Shown one piece after another: positions 1 to 8,965 of a stretch of DNA of 64,000 bases. The notes under the pieces are model-generated. The model saw nothing but the letters and a program-made list of their open reading frames with translations. It was not told the DNA's origin and did not search any database. A program made the position numbers and the translations under genes. How positions within the stretch are numbered: position 1 is the first letter of the stretch; every line of letters starts with the position of its first letter. Location of the stretch: IMG/VR virus record IMGVR_UViG_3300020148_000032. One strand, 5' to 3'. The DNA comes from a virus (lineage: Duplodnaviria > Caudoviricetes).

Positions 1-2624
1 TCTTTTATTGCAAGCGGTTTAAATGGAGAAGAAAGTATTCTCTTTGCTTCATTTTTAGCCTCTTCAATACGTTCGGCGTGTTTAGCAAGTGATGCAAAAA
101 TCATTTCACTTCTTCCAGATTGTTCCGTGTTGAATATTTTACCTTCTCCACGGAGTTCAAGGTCGATTTTAGCAATATCAAACCCATTATCACTGTCAAC
201 AAGAGATTGAAGTCTCTTTTCACTTTGTTCATTGTTACCTAGTGATACTAAATAACATTTAGATTGTTTGCTATTACGCCCAACGCGACCTCGTATTTGG
301 TGGAGAGAACTTGCACCTAAACGTTCAGCTGAAAGTATAATCACTCGAGTAGCATCAGGTATGTCCACTCCAACTTCAACAACTGTAGAAGCGATCATTA
401 CATCAAATTTCTTGTCTCTGAATTGTTGCATTCGTTCTTTTTGTTCATCTTGCTTCATTTGCCCGTGAACATAACTAACTCTTAAACCTTGAAGAGAATG
501 TTCTGTTACGTGTTTGAAAGTTTGCTCAACGCTTGCAGCATCAATTTTGTCCGATTCATTAACAAGTGGGGTAATAATAAAAGTTTGGTTACCTTTATCA
601 GCCTCTTTAATAATGTCTGACCAAAGTGGAAGTATTTGTTCTTTAGTAATTAATACTGGATCTTCTTTAATCCACTCTGTAATGATTGGTAAACGTCCAG
701 GTGGCTTTTCTTTAAGTTGTAACATGTCCATGTCACCATAAATTACTTGAGCAACACTTCTTGGAATTGGTGTGGCACTCATCATGAGTAAGTCTGGAAT
801 TCGTCCATCAGGTCTAGAATTTAAAAGTTTAGTTCTCTGTTCAGCTCCGAATTTTTGTTGCTCGTCAATACATACTAGACCTAAATTAGAATACTCGACT
901 GAGTCGCTCATGACTGAGTGTGTTCCTACAATAATGTCAACTTCTCCAGAAGCAATATCTTTAAGTAAATCTTTTCTTTCTTTAACTTTCATTCCGCCGC
1001 CGAAATAACGGATTTTTACTTCTTCATCAAGAGTACTCACTAATTTTTCAAGTGTAGCAAATAATTGTCTTGAAAGTATGTCTGTTGGGCCTAATAGTAC
1101 GGCTTGGTGTCCACTTTCAACTGAGCGTAAACAAGCGAGTTGAGCGATAATTGTTTTACCTGAACCTACCTCAGCACTAAGTAAACTACTGGAGGGGTTT
1201 ATTGATTCTAATTTAGAGTTTAATTCTCTCATTGCATTCTTTTGAGAGTTAGTTAACTCAAACTGCAGTCTACGGACAGCGCTAAATTGCAGGTCACGAG
1301 ATGTACGCTTCTGTGATATACCCTGTCTACCGACGGATTTCTCGCGAGTCTCCTGCATAATGATCTGCATATACACAAGCTCATAATACGCTAGACTTTC
1401 TATTGCCTCTAAATGCTGTGCAAAAGTTTCGGGGAAATGAAGAGCATTCAAAGCATCATAATAACTCATTCTTCCATGTTGTCTGAAGTATGGCGGCAGC
1501 TCTAAAGAACCGATTCGAGAGATTAATTCTCTGTTAGCAGCAAGTAAAAGATATGTAGTAATTCCACGACTTTCAGATTGCTTGTAAATTGGAACTATTG
1601 GAAGAATTGCAGCTTCAGCAGCGTGTTCTATGCTTGAACCTGATAATTGAGGTTTTCCCTTCCACGTATCGTATTTACCAGTTACTAATACTACATCATC
1701 TTTTTTAAATTTAACTTTAAGCCAATTTTGCCTGAAGAATGTTACTCGTATTGTCTCGTTAATGTCTGTTTCAACATAGAAACTAATACCTAAATTATTA
1801 CTCATTTCGCTGATTTGAGTAATTTTCCCTACTATTGTTGCTGTTTCACCTTCAAGTAGGTCTCTAATTCTTTGAGGTTGTGATTTGTCAATATAACGGC
1901 GAGGTAACCAAAAGAGAAGATCATGAAGAGTTTCGATTCCAAAGTCTTTTATTTTCTCTTCAAGAGTCTTCCTTGAATTTTTCAAAGCCTTCATTGTTTG
2001 AGAATTTGTTTGAATAACGTTGAGAGAACTAATTGGAATATTTTTAAGAGAATCAAGAGTTCCATCAAATCCTACGATTGGCTCTCTTGTTAATTGAAGT
2101 ACTTCTTTATCAAAGATAATTTTCGGAAACTTTAATGTTTCAGTCTGAGCAAGTATTTCTAAGTCTATGACTCTTTTTAAATCTACTTTATAACCTATTT
2201 GTGTAGGGTAAGCGTTAAGTTTAGCGAGAAGATCTTTATACACTTTAAGATTTGGTGTCTTTACAAGAACGTGGCGTCTATCGTCACTAAGTGTTGCTTT
2301 CGGTAACTCAATAGTATCAGCAGCTTTAGTAAGCTCTTTTATGTCTTTTTCATCAATATGAATGTTTTTGATTCCAGTAAGGACCACTCTTAATACGAAT
2401 GCATTAATTGGTCCAAATCTCGTTTCATAGTAAAATGAATCCGATCTTTCTTCTTCTTTAATTCCTAGGAAGTTTGAGAATTCTGGTCTTTGTGATAGAT
2501 CTATTTTAGAGACAAAACAAATCATTGAATCTTTTATTAAAACATTGACAGTATATCCTTCAAGTTCTAGAGACTCTTTTTCCTCGTTTACATCTTCCTT
2601 TTCATTCCAAAGATCAAAAGTCAT
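1..2624 (-). CDS. recG: ATP-dependent DNA helicase RecG-like with N-terminal extension (3' end runs off the window)
   Basis: Not in the ORF track. Hand translation from ATG 2624 (MTFDLWNEKE) gives LLSAEVGSGKT (Walker A, in frame with the ATG), DEQQKFG, MSATPIPRS, VHGQM, STVVEVGVDIP and LHQIRGRVGR. The N-terminal part was not checked codon by codon. Confidence 0.9.
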   Translation of the reverse strand, partial: MTFDLWNEKEDVNEEKESLELEGYTVNVLIKDSMICFVSKIDLSQRPEFSNFLGIKEEERSDSFYYETRFGPINAFVLRVVLTGIKNIHIDEKDIKELTKAADTIELPKATLSDDRRHVLVKTPNLKVYKDLLAKLNAYPTQIGYKVDLKRVIDLEILAQTETLKFPKIIFDKEVLQLTREPIVGFDGTLDSLKNIPISSLNVIQTNSQTMKALKNSRKTLEEKIKDFGIETLHDLLFWLPRRYIDKSQPQRIRDLLEGETATIVGKITQISEMSNNLGISFYVETDINETIRVTFFRQNWLKVKFKKDDVVLVTGKYDTWKGKPQLSGSSIEHAAEAAILPIVPIYKQSESRGITTYLLLAANRELISRIGSLELPPYFRQHGRMSYYDALNALHFPETFAQHLEAIESLAYYELVYMQIIMQETREKSVGRQGISQKRTSRDLQFSAVRRLQFELTNSQKNAMRELNSKLESINPSSSLLSAEVGSGKTIIAQLACLRSVESGHQAVLLGPTDILSRQLFATLEKLVSTLDEEVKIRYFGGGMKVKERKDLLKDIASGEVDIIVGTHSVMSDSVEYSNLGLVCIDEQQKFGAEQRTKLLNSRPDGRIPDLLMMSATPIPRSVAQVIYGDMDMLQLKEKPPGRLPIITEWIKEDPVLITKEQILPLWSDIIKEADKGNQTFIITPLVNESDKIDAASVEQTFKHVTEHSLQGLRVSYVHGQMKQDEQKERMQQFRDKKFDVMIASTVVEVGVDIPDATRVIILSAERLGASSLHQIRGRVGRNSKQSKCYLVSLGNNEQSEKRLQSLVDSDNGFDIAKIDLELRGEGKIFNTEQSGRSEMIFASLAKHAERIEEAKNEAKRILSSPFKPLAIK

Positions 2625-3656
2625 TTACTCCTCTTCCTTAAACGCAGCGGACAATACTGATTCTGTTGCGGCAATATATTCAACTGCATTTGGGTCAAGA
2701 ATTTCTATTGCTTCTACTAGAGCTCTAGCATATTCAATTCGAGGTAATTGTTGATTAATTTGAGGTTCTACGAAGAGGTCGACTAGACTTCCTAATGCAA
2801 AGAGTATTTCTTCAGAGAGACCCATAATGTAGAACGCTCTTTCTACAGGGTCTTGTTTCTTTGCTTTGTTGAGAGCTGTTAATGATTTGCTTAGAACTGG
2901 AGATACATGAAGAGCTTTAAAGATAAATGTGGCTGAATCTTGAACGTTAAATTCTACGTTAGATATAAATTGACCAACGACTGATTTTTGATCATCGTTT
3001 AAAGCGTTATATGCTTTTGAAATGTTTACTATTCGAGCAATATATGACATTTCTTCTTCTGGAGAGAGAGTCCCTACCCGAGAGAAAGAGACCTCAGGGT
3101 CTGGTTTTGCAGGAGTTACTTTTTTGAAGTTTACTTGCGGGATCACTTGATCAATATGTGAATTTTGAGAATGGTGAACAAGATCATACATTCCACCTGG
3201 AACTGGTTGAGTTTCTACTGGGTTTTGAACGGAGGTCTGTTCGTAAACTGGCTCTTGGTATTGAGGTTGTGGGATTAATTCTGGAGCGGGCTCGTTTTTT
3301 CTTTCAGGAGCAACAAAGTCCGGTGAAAGTGGGTTTTGTGAATGTGTTGGCAAAACTGGGTCTTGAGCTTTTGGGGGCTCTGGAGCTTGGTAACTAAATT
3401 GATTTTCTTCTATTGGAGCGAAAGCATCAGAAAATGCTGATTCTTCTTCTTTTGGTTCAGGAGCACTAGTAACTGTTGGTTGTGGAGTGTGGGGTTCTTC
3501 ATCTTCGTTTGCGAAGGCTTTAAGGATCATTTGAGCTTCGTTATCTTCCTCTAAGGTAACGGAAGCATTAGCTTTTCTAGTCATTTCCTCAAAATCATCT
3601 TCGTCTGCGAAAAGGAAACCTCCACCTTCATTATTGTCAACATAATCTTTAGCCAC
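2625..3656 (-). CDS. Hypothetical protein with acidic/Pro-rich disordered N-half and helical C-terminal domain
   Basis: 343-aa ORF abutting recG and the clp-like gene; no recognised motif. Confidence 0.75.
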   Translation of the reverse strand: MAKDYVDNNEGGGFLFADEDDFEEMTRKANASVTLEEDNEAQMILKAFANEDEEPHTPQPTVTSAPEPKEEESAFSDAFAPIEENQFSYQAPEPPKAQDPVLPTHSQNPLSPDFVAPERKNEPAPELIPQPQYQEPVYEQTSVQNPVETQPVPGGMYDLVHHSQNSHIDQVIPQVNFKKVTPAKPDPEVSFSRVGTLSPEEEMSYIARIVNISKAYNALNDDQKSVVGQFISNVEFNVQDSATFIFKALHVSPVLSKSLTALNKAKKQDPVERAFYIMGLSEEILFALGSLVDLFVEPQINQQLPRIEYARALVEAIEILDPNAVEYIAATESVLSAAFKEEE

Positions 3657-3661
3657 TTGAA

Positions 3662-5701
3662 TTAGCCTCTTTCTTTCTCCATTTGCATAGACACTTCTAT
3701 TTTACCTTCTGAATTTAAAGAAAGTTCAATATGTTTACCAGAGTTTGAAATCATCTTTTGAGCGAGAGGATTAGAAACATTTCTGAGAATTATTCTTTGT
3801 ATTTCTCGGGCGCCGAATTTAGAAATGTCAGACAGTTCTAACAACCTATTAAGAATATCATCATTTACATTCTCAATAACAAACCCTTTCTTTTTAGCAC
3901 GCTCAAAAACAGTATTAAGTTCTTTCTGAAGAATTAACAAAGCAGTATCTTTTGATAATTCGTTAAAAATAATCATTTCGTCAATTCTGTTAATAAACTC
4001 TGGTTTGAAGAACTCGCTTACAGCTTTAGAAATAGTGCTTTGAGCGTCTTTTTGGCGTTGATTATATAATTCTTCAGTAGATTGAGTGATGAAGCCTGAG
4101 GGAGCTCTGTTAAGGTCTTTAATACCAAGGTTACTTGTCATAACAATAATAGAGTTACAAAAGTCTACTACTTCTCCATCCCCACCAGTCATTCGTCCGG
4201 CGTCAAAAATTTGTAAGAATGAATCCCATACTTGAGAATGCGCTTTCTCAACCTCATCAAGAAGTATTAATGAGTATGGATGCTTCTTTATAGCATTAGT
4301 GAGGACTCCACCTTCGCTATAACCAACATAACCTGGAGCGGCGCCAAAAAGTTTTGAAGCGTCAGCAGGATGAACATATTCGCTCATATCAAGTCTTACT
4401 ACGTTCATTTCTTCAGTAAATGTTTCTTTAGCAATATTAAGAGCTAATTCGGTTTTACCTACGCCAGTTGGACCTAAGAAGAGGAATGAACGCACTGGTT
4501 TCTTTTCATCATGAAGTCCGGCGGCGGAGACAAGAAGACTGTCAACAATTTTATCAATTGCAGAATCTTGTCCAAGAATTTTAGTTTTAAGGCGGTCACC
4601 AAGTGTTTCCATATTTGAATATTGAAGAGCGTTTATTTCTTGATAGTCATCTTGATGGGCTCCAAACCCTGGAAGTCCACTGGGAGAAACAATAATTCTC
4701 TTTGGGGAATTATTCCCATCATCTGGGAATAGACCGCTAAATATTTGGTCCATTACTGAATTCATTGGATCATCCATATTAGATGATTCGTCTACTTGGT
4801 AATTTTGAATAGACTCTAAAAATGAACCCTTATATTCCTCAAATACTTTTTTCACAACTTTTGTGATAGATTTTTGTTTTTTATCCATGATTGATTCGTC
4901 TGATGAAAAAATCATCAATCCCATGATTCTTTTAACAGCGTTAATCCAGAAACCTGGTGGAACGATTACTTTATCATCTACAAAGAGCTCTTTCATATTT
5001 CTTAAAGAATAAGAGACAAAGAGAGTAATAGTTTTCTTGTCAAGAACATAAGAAGAATCTTCGTATTTTGGAGCAAGTTCGTGATAAAGAGTGTTAATGA
5101 GATTTTTCTTTGACAAGTATAAATCATTAACATCAATGACTCTCCAAGAGCCCCATAATTTTGATTGGCCAGTATTCTCTGATTTAATGATTTGTACGAA
5201 AGAATAGACACTTGTTTCAAGTATGACATTAATACCTTTAGATATAGAGAATATATTTCTTGCTATTTCTGAACTTTCAGTAATAAAGCAGATTTCCTTT
5301 TCAGAACATTTGAGTTCTTCAGTAAGGATACGAATATATGTACGCCAAGTCCCGGGGATTCGTTCAATAACCTCTTGTTCGATTTCTGAAAGAAGAATCA
5401 TGTGTAGTTCTTGTTTGTCAGAAAGTTCAATAAAGCGGTCAATATTGTAAGCGAATTGCTCAATAATGTATGTTTTACCGGCGGTAGGGTCACCAAGAAC
5501 TATAGCATGTCCGCCGTCAGGGTCAAAAACTGACCCACCTAAATCATCAATGAAGTGCTGAACTTCAACTGGGGTTTCATCATAAAAAGATGGAGAGGAA
5601 ATAGGGTTGTCTAATATAAATCGTACCTTTAATGATTCAGTATTTTCTTCATCAACGCTTAATGCATTTTTGGGGAACGCTAGAGAAATAGAATCATTCA
5701 T
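3662..5701 (-). CDS. ClpA/ClpB-like AAA+ ATPase with degenerate first and intact second nucleotide-binding domain
   Basis: NBD2 motifs SFLFLGPTGVGKTELA, RLDMSEY, LFGAAPGYVGY, LLDEVEKAH, FKPEFINRID, FGAREIQR; NBD1 keeps only GDPTAGKT. Confidence 0.85.
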   Translation of the reverse strand: MNDSISLAFPKNALSVDEENTESLKVRFILDNPISSPSFYDETPVEVQHFIDDLGGSVFDPDGGHAIVLGDPTAGKTYIIEQFAYNIDRFIELSDKQELHMILLSEIEQEVIERIPGTWRTYIRILTEELKCSEKEICFITESSEIARNIFSISKGINVILETSVYSFVQIIKSENTGQSKLWGSWRVIDVNDLYLSKKNLINTLYHELAPKYEDSSYVLDKKTITLFVSYSLRNMKELFVDDKVIVPPGFWINAVKRIMGLMIFSSDESIMDKKQKSITKVVKKVFEEYKGSFLESIQNYQVDESSNMDDPMNSVMDQIFSGLFPDDGNNSPKRIIVSPSGLPGFGAHQDDYQEINALQYSNMETLGDRLKTKILGQDSAIDKIVDSLLVSAAGLHDEKKPVRSFLFLGPTGVGKTELALNIAKETFTEEMNVVRLDMSEYVHPADASKLFGAAPGYVGYSEGGVLTNAIKKHPYSLILLDEVEKAHSQVWDSFLQIFDAGRMTGGDGEVVDFCNSIIVMTSNLGIKDLNRAPSGFITQSTEELYNQRQKDAQSTISKAVSEFFKPEFINRIDEMIIFNELSKDTALLILQKELNTVFERAKKKGFVIENVNDDILNRLLELSDISKFGAREIQRIILRNVSNPLAQKMISNSGKHIELSLNSEGKIEVSMQMEKERG

Positions 5702-5724
5702 TTATTGACCTCACTTGTTAGACA

Positions 5725-5780
5725 AACTTACGCTTAATGTTAGGTTGTTTTACTATTATACCGAACATTAAGCGTAAGTT
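5725..5780. repeat. 17-bp perfect inverted repeat enclosing a minus-strand TATAAT
   Basis: aacttacgcttaatgtt (5725-5741) / aacattaagcgtaagtt (5764-5780); attata at 5755-5760 lies in the loop. Confidence 0.8.
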
Positions 5781-5800
5781 CTTTATCTAAAAAGTTTTTA

Positions 5801-6667
5801 TCAATTACGGATTTCCCAAAGGGTTTGGAATCTATTAAACCAACCAACTACTTCGATTAATTGATTATCAATTTCATCTTCGCGACTTTGCGGAATCAAT
5901 TTGATCATTTCGTCAGGTTCTGGAAGTGAAGTGATAGAATTTAATGCGTTAAAAAGGTTATAAAGATGCATTGAATCCTGAGGGGATAAGCTACCGTCCC
6001 CATCGCCTTCTACTTCAACTTCAATAAATTCACCATCTGCGCCAGAAGTCATATAGTCTGGTTGATCAGCCTCTAATAAATAGTCAGCCTGAGCTTCAAG
6101 CTCTGCACGACGTTTTTCTTCCTCAGCTTCATCAATCAATGCTTGTTTTGCTTTCAAAGCCTCTTCATCAAGCCTTCGCTGTTCTCTTGAATCTTCAACA
6201 ATTCTATCGATGATTTCTGAAGCATCTTTAGCATTTGAATCACTAGTTGCAGATGCAATCTGTTCAGTGATTCTTGGCAACTCTCTTTTGATATCACGAG
6301 CTTGCGCTTCAGTCAGACGAACTCGCGTCCCTTCTGGAGTAACTGCTTGAATTTCTTCAACTACTTTTGACAAGTCCATGAGTTGATAACTTCTTTGTGA
6401 AGACATTTCAAATTCAGTTTTTACATAGTCAGCCCAAGAATGATACCCAAGAGCTTTGTGTGCTTTTTGAGTGTGAGCTTGCGAAAGAAGAATGTAAGTA
6501 GCAGTAGAAGCAGAACGGATAGCTTCAGTGATTTCTTTAGCCTCTGCTTCATTCATTTCATATAATTGAAGGTCTCTAGAGGCTTCTTCAATCTCATCGT
6601 CAACTTCTTCAGATGGAGCTTCATAATCATCATCAAGCTCATCAAGAATATCTAGTATATCAGACAT
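5801..6667 (-). CDS. Hypothetical, probably DNA-binding protein with coiled coil
   Basis: LGYHSWADYVKTEFEMSSQRSYQLM resembles an HTH-like segment common in phage/plasmid proteins. Confidence 0.6.
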   Translation of the reverse strand: MSDILDILDELDDDYEAPSEEVDDEIEEASRDLQLYEMNEAEAKEITEAIRSASTATYILLSQAHTQKAHKALGYHSWADYVKTEFEMSSQRSYQLMDLSKVVEEIQAVTPEGTRVRLTEAQARDIKRELPRITEQIASATSDSNAKDASEIIDRIVEDSREQRRLDEEALKAKQALIDEAEEEKRRAELEAQADYLLEADQPDYMTSGADGEFIEVEVEGDGDGSLSPQDSMHLYNLFNALNSITSLPEPDEMIKLIPQSREDEIDNQLIEVVGWFNRFQTLWEIRN

Positions 6668-6700
6668 ATTAGTCTACCTTTCAATTTTAAATAAATACAA

Positions 6701-7381
6701 CTAATAAAAATATCGTTTTAAGAAAAAAATCATTGGATAAATAAGAGTTATTATTAAACTTGGGAAAAGAATAATAGGTACGGCAGGTATAGTGAATTTC
6801 ATACTCTTTTTATAAATTGCTATAAAAACTGCAATGATAAGGAAAAGAGAAATAATACTTAACGCTGTATACAGTATCCCATTTAGTCCAATGAGAGGAA
6901 AACTTCCAATAAGAATTAACATGAATGCTCTCCCGTCTGAAGCACCCATCAGTGGGAGAAGAACAAGCATAATTCCAGTGATTGCAAGTAGAGTAAAAGT
7001 AATAAGATTAGGTATTCCTAATACTATTGATGTGTAAACGCCCGCAATAAAGAAAAGAGAAATAATAGATATTTCTTGCGGCTTTCTTGCTACTAACCGC
7101 AATTTTAAATCGGTTAATAATGATTGAACTAAGAGATAAGAGACTGAACCAATAAAAAGAGTTGCTAATATTGAGGATAAAATACCCATTTTATTGTAAT
7201 ATAAGACAGATGAAAGTATGATGAAAAATGTTGAGATATAACATGCTCTTTTGTTGTAAGTAACCCAGGAAGTCTCCATAGAATTTTCAGAAATCCATTC
7301 TGGTACTCTTTTTAAAGAGTTGTGGTAAAGCAAAGTAACGAGCGCTTCACCGACCAGAATTGAAAGAAAAATCCATATCAT
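6701..7381 (-). CDS. Polytopic membrane protein, prepilin peptidase (A24)-like
   Basis: Many hydrophobic helices; two Asp motifs TDLKLRLV and MGASDGR match the A24 GxGD-type pattern. Confidence 0.6.
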   Translation of the reverse strand: MIWIFLSILVGEALVTLLYHNSLKRVPEWISENSMETSWVTYNKRACYISTFFIILSSVLYYNKMGILSSILATLFIGSVSYLLVQSLLTDLKLRLVARKPQEISIISLFFIAGVYTSIVLGIPNLITFTLLAITGIMLVLLPLMGASDGRAFMLILIGSFPLIGLNGILYTALSIISLFLIIAVFIAIYKKSMKFTIPAVPIILFPSLIITLIYPMIFFLKRYFY

Positions 7382-7414
7382 TATTGAGACTTCCTGGGTT
7401 ATTTAATTCATGTA

Positions 7415-8596
7415 TTAGTTTTGCGAGGGAACGGCAAGAGCGAATACATTATCGTTCACTTTTCCATTATCAAGAAGAGAACGAAGAACGATAGCTCCCT
7501 TCTGATCTGAGAAGTGGAATCTCATTTCAGGGGTAGCGATAGGGTTAAGAGAGCTGTTGATAATCTCTCGAACGATTTTAATTCGATAATCACCATCAGT
7601 CTCAAGTTCAGTTACGTCAACCTTCATTGTGTTATTTCCAGTCGAGTCACTTACAACAAGACCTTCTTTGCTAATCTCGAGGTAAATGTCTGTTTCTTCC
7701 CAAGCAAGTGATGAAACTACACCCATTGCTTTTTTGAAGTCCGAAACAACAAGATCGAAACTATTAGTTACCTTTTCGATAGAACTAGTCTTTAAATGTC
7801 CATAAAGAAGAGGCTCGAGTGACTTAAGTGAGAATAGAGCAAGTTTTCCATCAGTGAAAGAATAACCAAATTTTCCTGATTTTTCTTCAGTGACAAGAGT
7901 AAGTTGCTCGTTCAAGTTCTTACTTGGCGAAACAAGAATGGCTGATTGGTGTGTGAGGAACAAATGCGGGTTGTTTTCAATGAACTCTGCAGCCGAAGAA
8001 CGTGGAGTAAATTCCATAATTATTTCACCGAGTGAGTAACGGTCAGTTGCCATAAGGGTGATAGTCTTTTCCTCATTGTCAAGCTGAAGGTCAATAGTTT
8101 CAAGAACTGGCATGAAGCCAGCATTCTTTACATCACAGAGCTTCGCGAGTCTTTGAAGAGCATCGAAATATTCAACGTTATTTACATCACCGATTTCTTT
8201 AACAGTTGGCTCAGAGGATATACGTGAATCAAAAGTTGGCACAGTAAATCTTGAACCGGCACCTTTTACATCAAGAGTTGACTTCTCATTTGCGGAATCT
8301 TTCGAAAGAGTAATTTCCCCTTTGATATTTCCGAGAGCTCCAGCGAGACGTTGAATATAACGACCATCAAGAGCTAGTTTGAATGAATCTTTACCGTCAA
8401 GATCAACTGCACCTACAGAAAACGGAGCCTTCATAAACGAAGTAACATTTTCGTGAGTAAGGTAACCATTACCATCTTTATCAACATGTAACGCAATGAA
8501 AGCTTTATCATCTTTCATGTCAAAATTTTTAGTAACCCAATTGATCGCTTCAACAAATCCTTGAGCATTAAGCGATAGTTTCATACGTTTTCCCAA
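7415..8596 (-). CDS. dnaN: DNA polymerase III beta sliding clamp
   Basis: 393 aa; LMATDRYSL matches the clamp ATDxxRL motif; located near dnaB. Confidence 0.75.
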   Translation of the reverse strand: MGKRMKLSLNAQGFVEAINWVTKNFDMKDDKAFIALHVDKDGNGYLTHENVTSFMKAPFSVGAVDLDGKDSFKLALDGRYIQRLAGALGNIKGEITLSKDSANEKSTLDVKGAGSRFTVPTFDSRISSEPTVKEIGDVNNVEYFDALQRLAKLCDVKNAGFMPVLETIDLQLDNEEKTITLMATDRYSLGEIIMEFTPRSSAAEFIENNPHLFLTHQSAILVSPSKNLNEQLTLVTEEKSGKFGYSFTDGKLALFSLKSLEPLLYGHLKTSSIEKVTNSFDLVVSDFKKAMGVVSSLAWEETDIYLEISKEGLVVSDSTGNNTMKVDVTELETDGDYRIKIVREIINSSLNPIATPEMRFHFSDQKGAIVLRSLLDNGKVNDNVFALAVPSQN

Positions 8597-8617
8597 CTTT
8601 CATTTTTAAAAATACTT

Positions 8618-8965
8618 TTACTGGTCAAATGGAGAATCATTGTCTCTCCATAAATCAAAATCTTCAGATTCATCCTCATGTATGAGGTCAATATCTTCTA
8701 ATTCTTCATTGTGTTCAATATCTATTTTAACTTCTTTAACAGTCGTTTCTTCAGATTTTTGAATATTTTTTAATGGTTCTTCTTCAATTTCAGAGGTTCT
8801 ATTATATTCACCTCGCGAAAGCTCTTTTATTAACTCTAATTTTAAACTTTGTGCGTTATTGATAATAGTATCTAATTCTGAAACTTTTGCTTTAGCTTTT
8901 TCAATAATGTCTTGAGTTTTATGTAAAGATTGAATTAATTCTCTTGCCTCTTCAAATTCATCCAT
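8618..8965 (-). CDS. Hypothetical coiled-coil acidic protein
   Basis: 115-aa ORF overlapping the PBP stop; GGGAG SD upstream. Confidence 0.7.
   Translation of the reverse strand: MDEFEEARELIQSLHKTQDIIEKAKAKVSELDTIINNAQSLKLELIKELSRGEYNRTSEIEEEPLKNIQKSEETTVKEVKIDIEHNEELEDIDLIHEDESEDFDLWRDNDSPFDQ

Noticed and set aside
268-2754. Short + strand ORFs at the window start
   Set aside because: Antisense to recG, which the track missed because it runs off the edge
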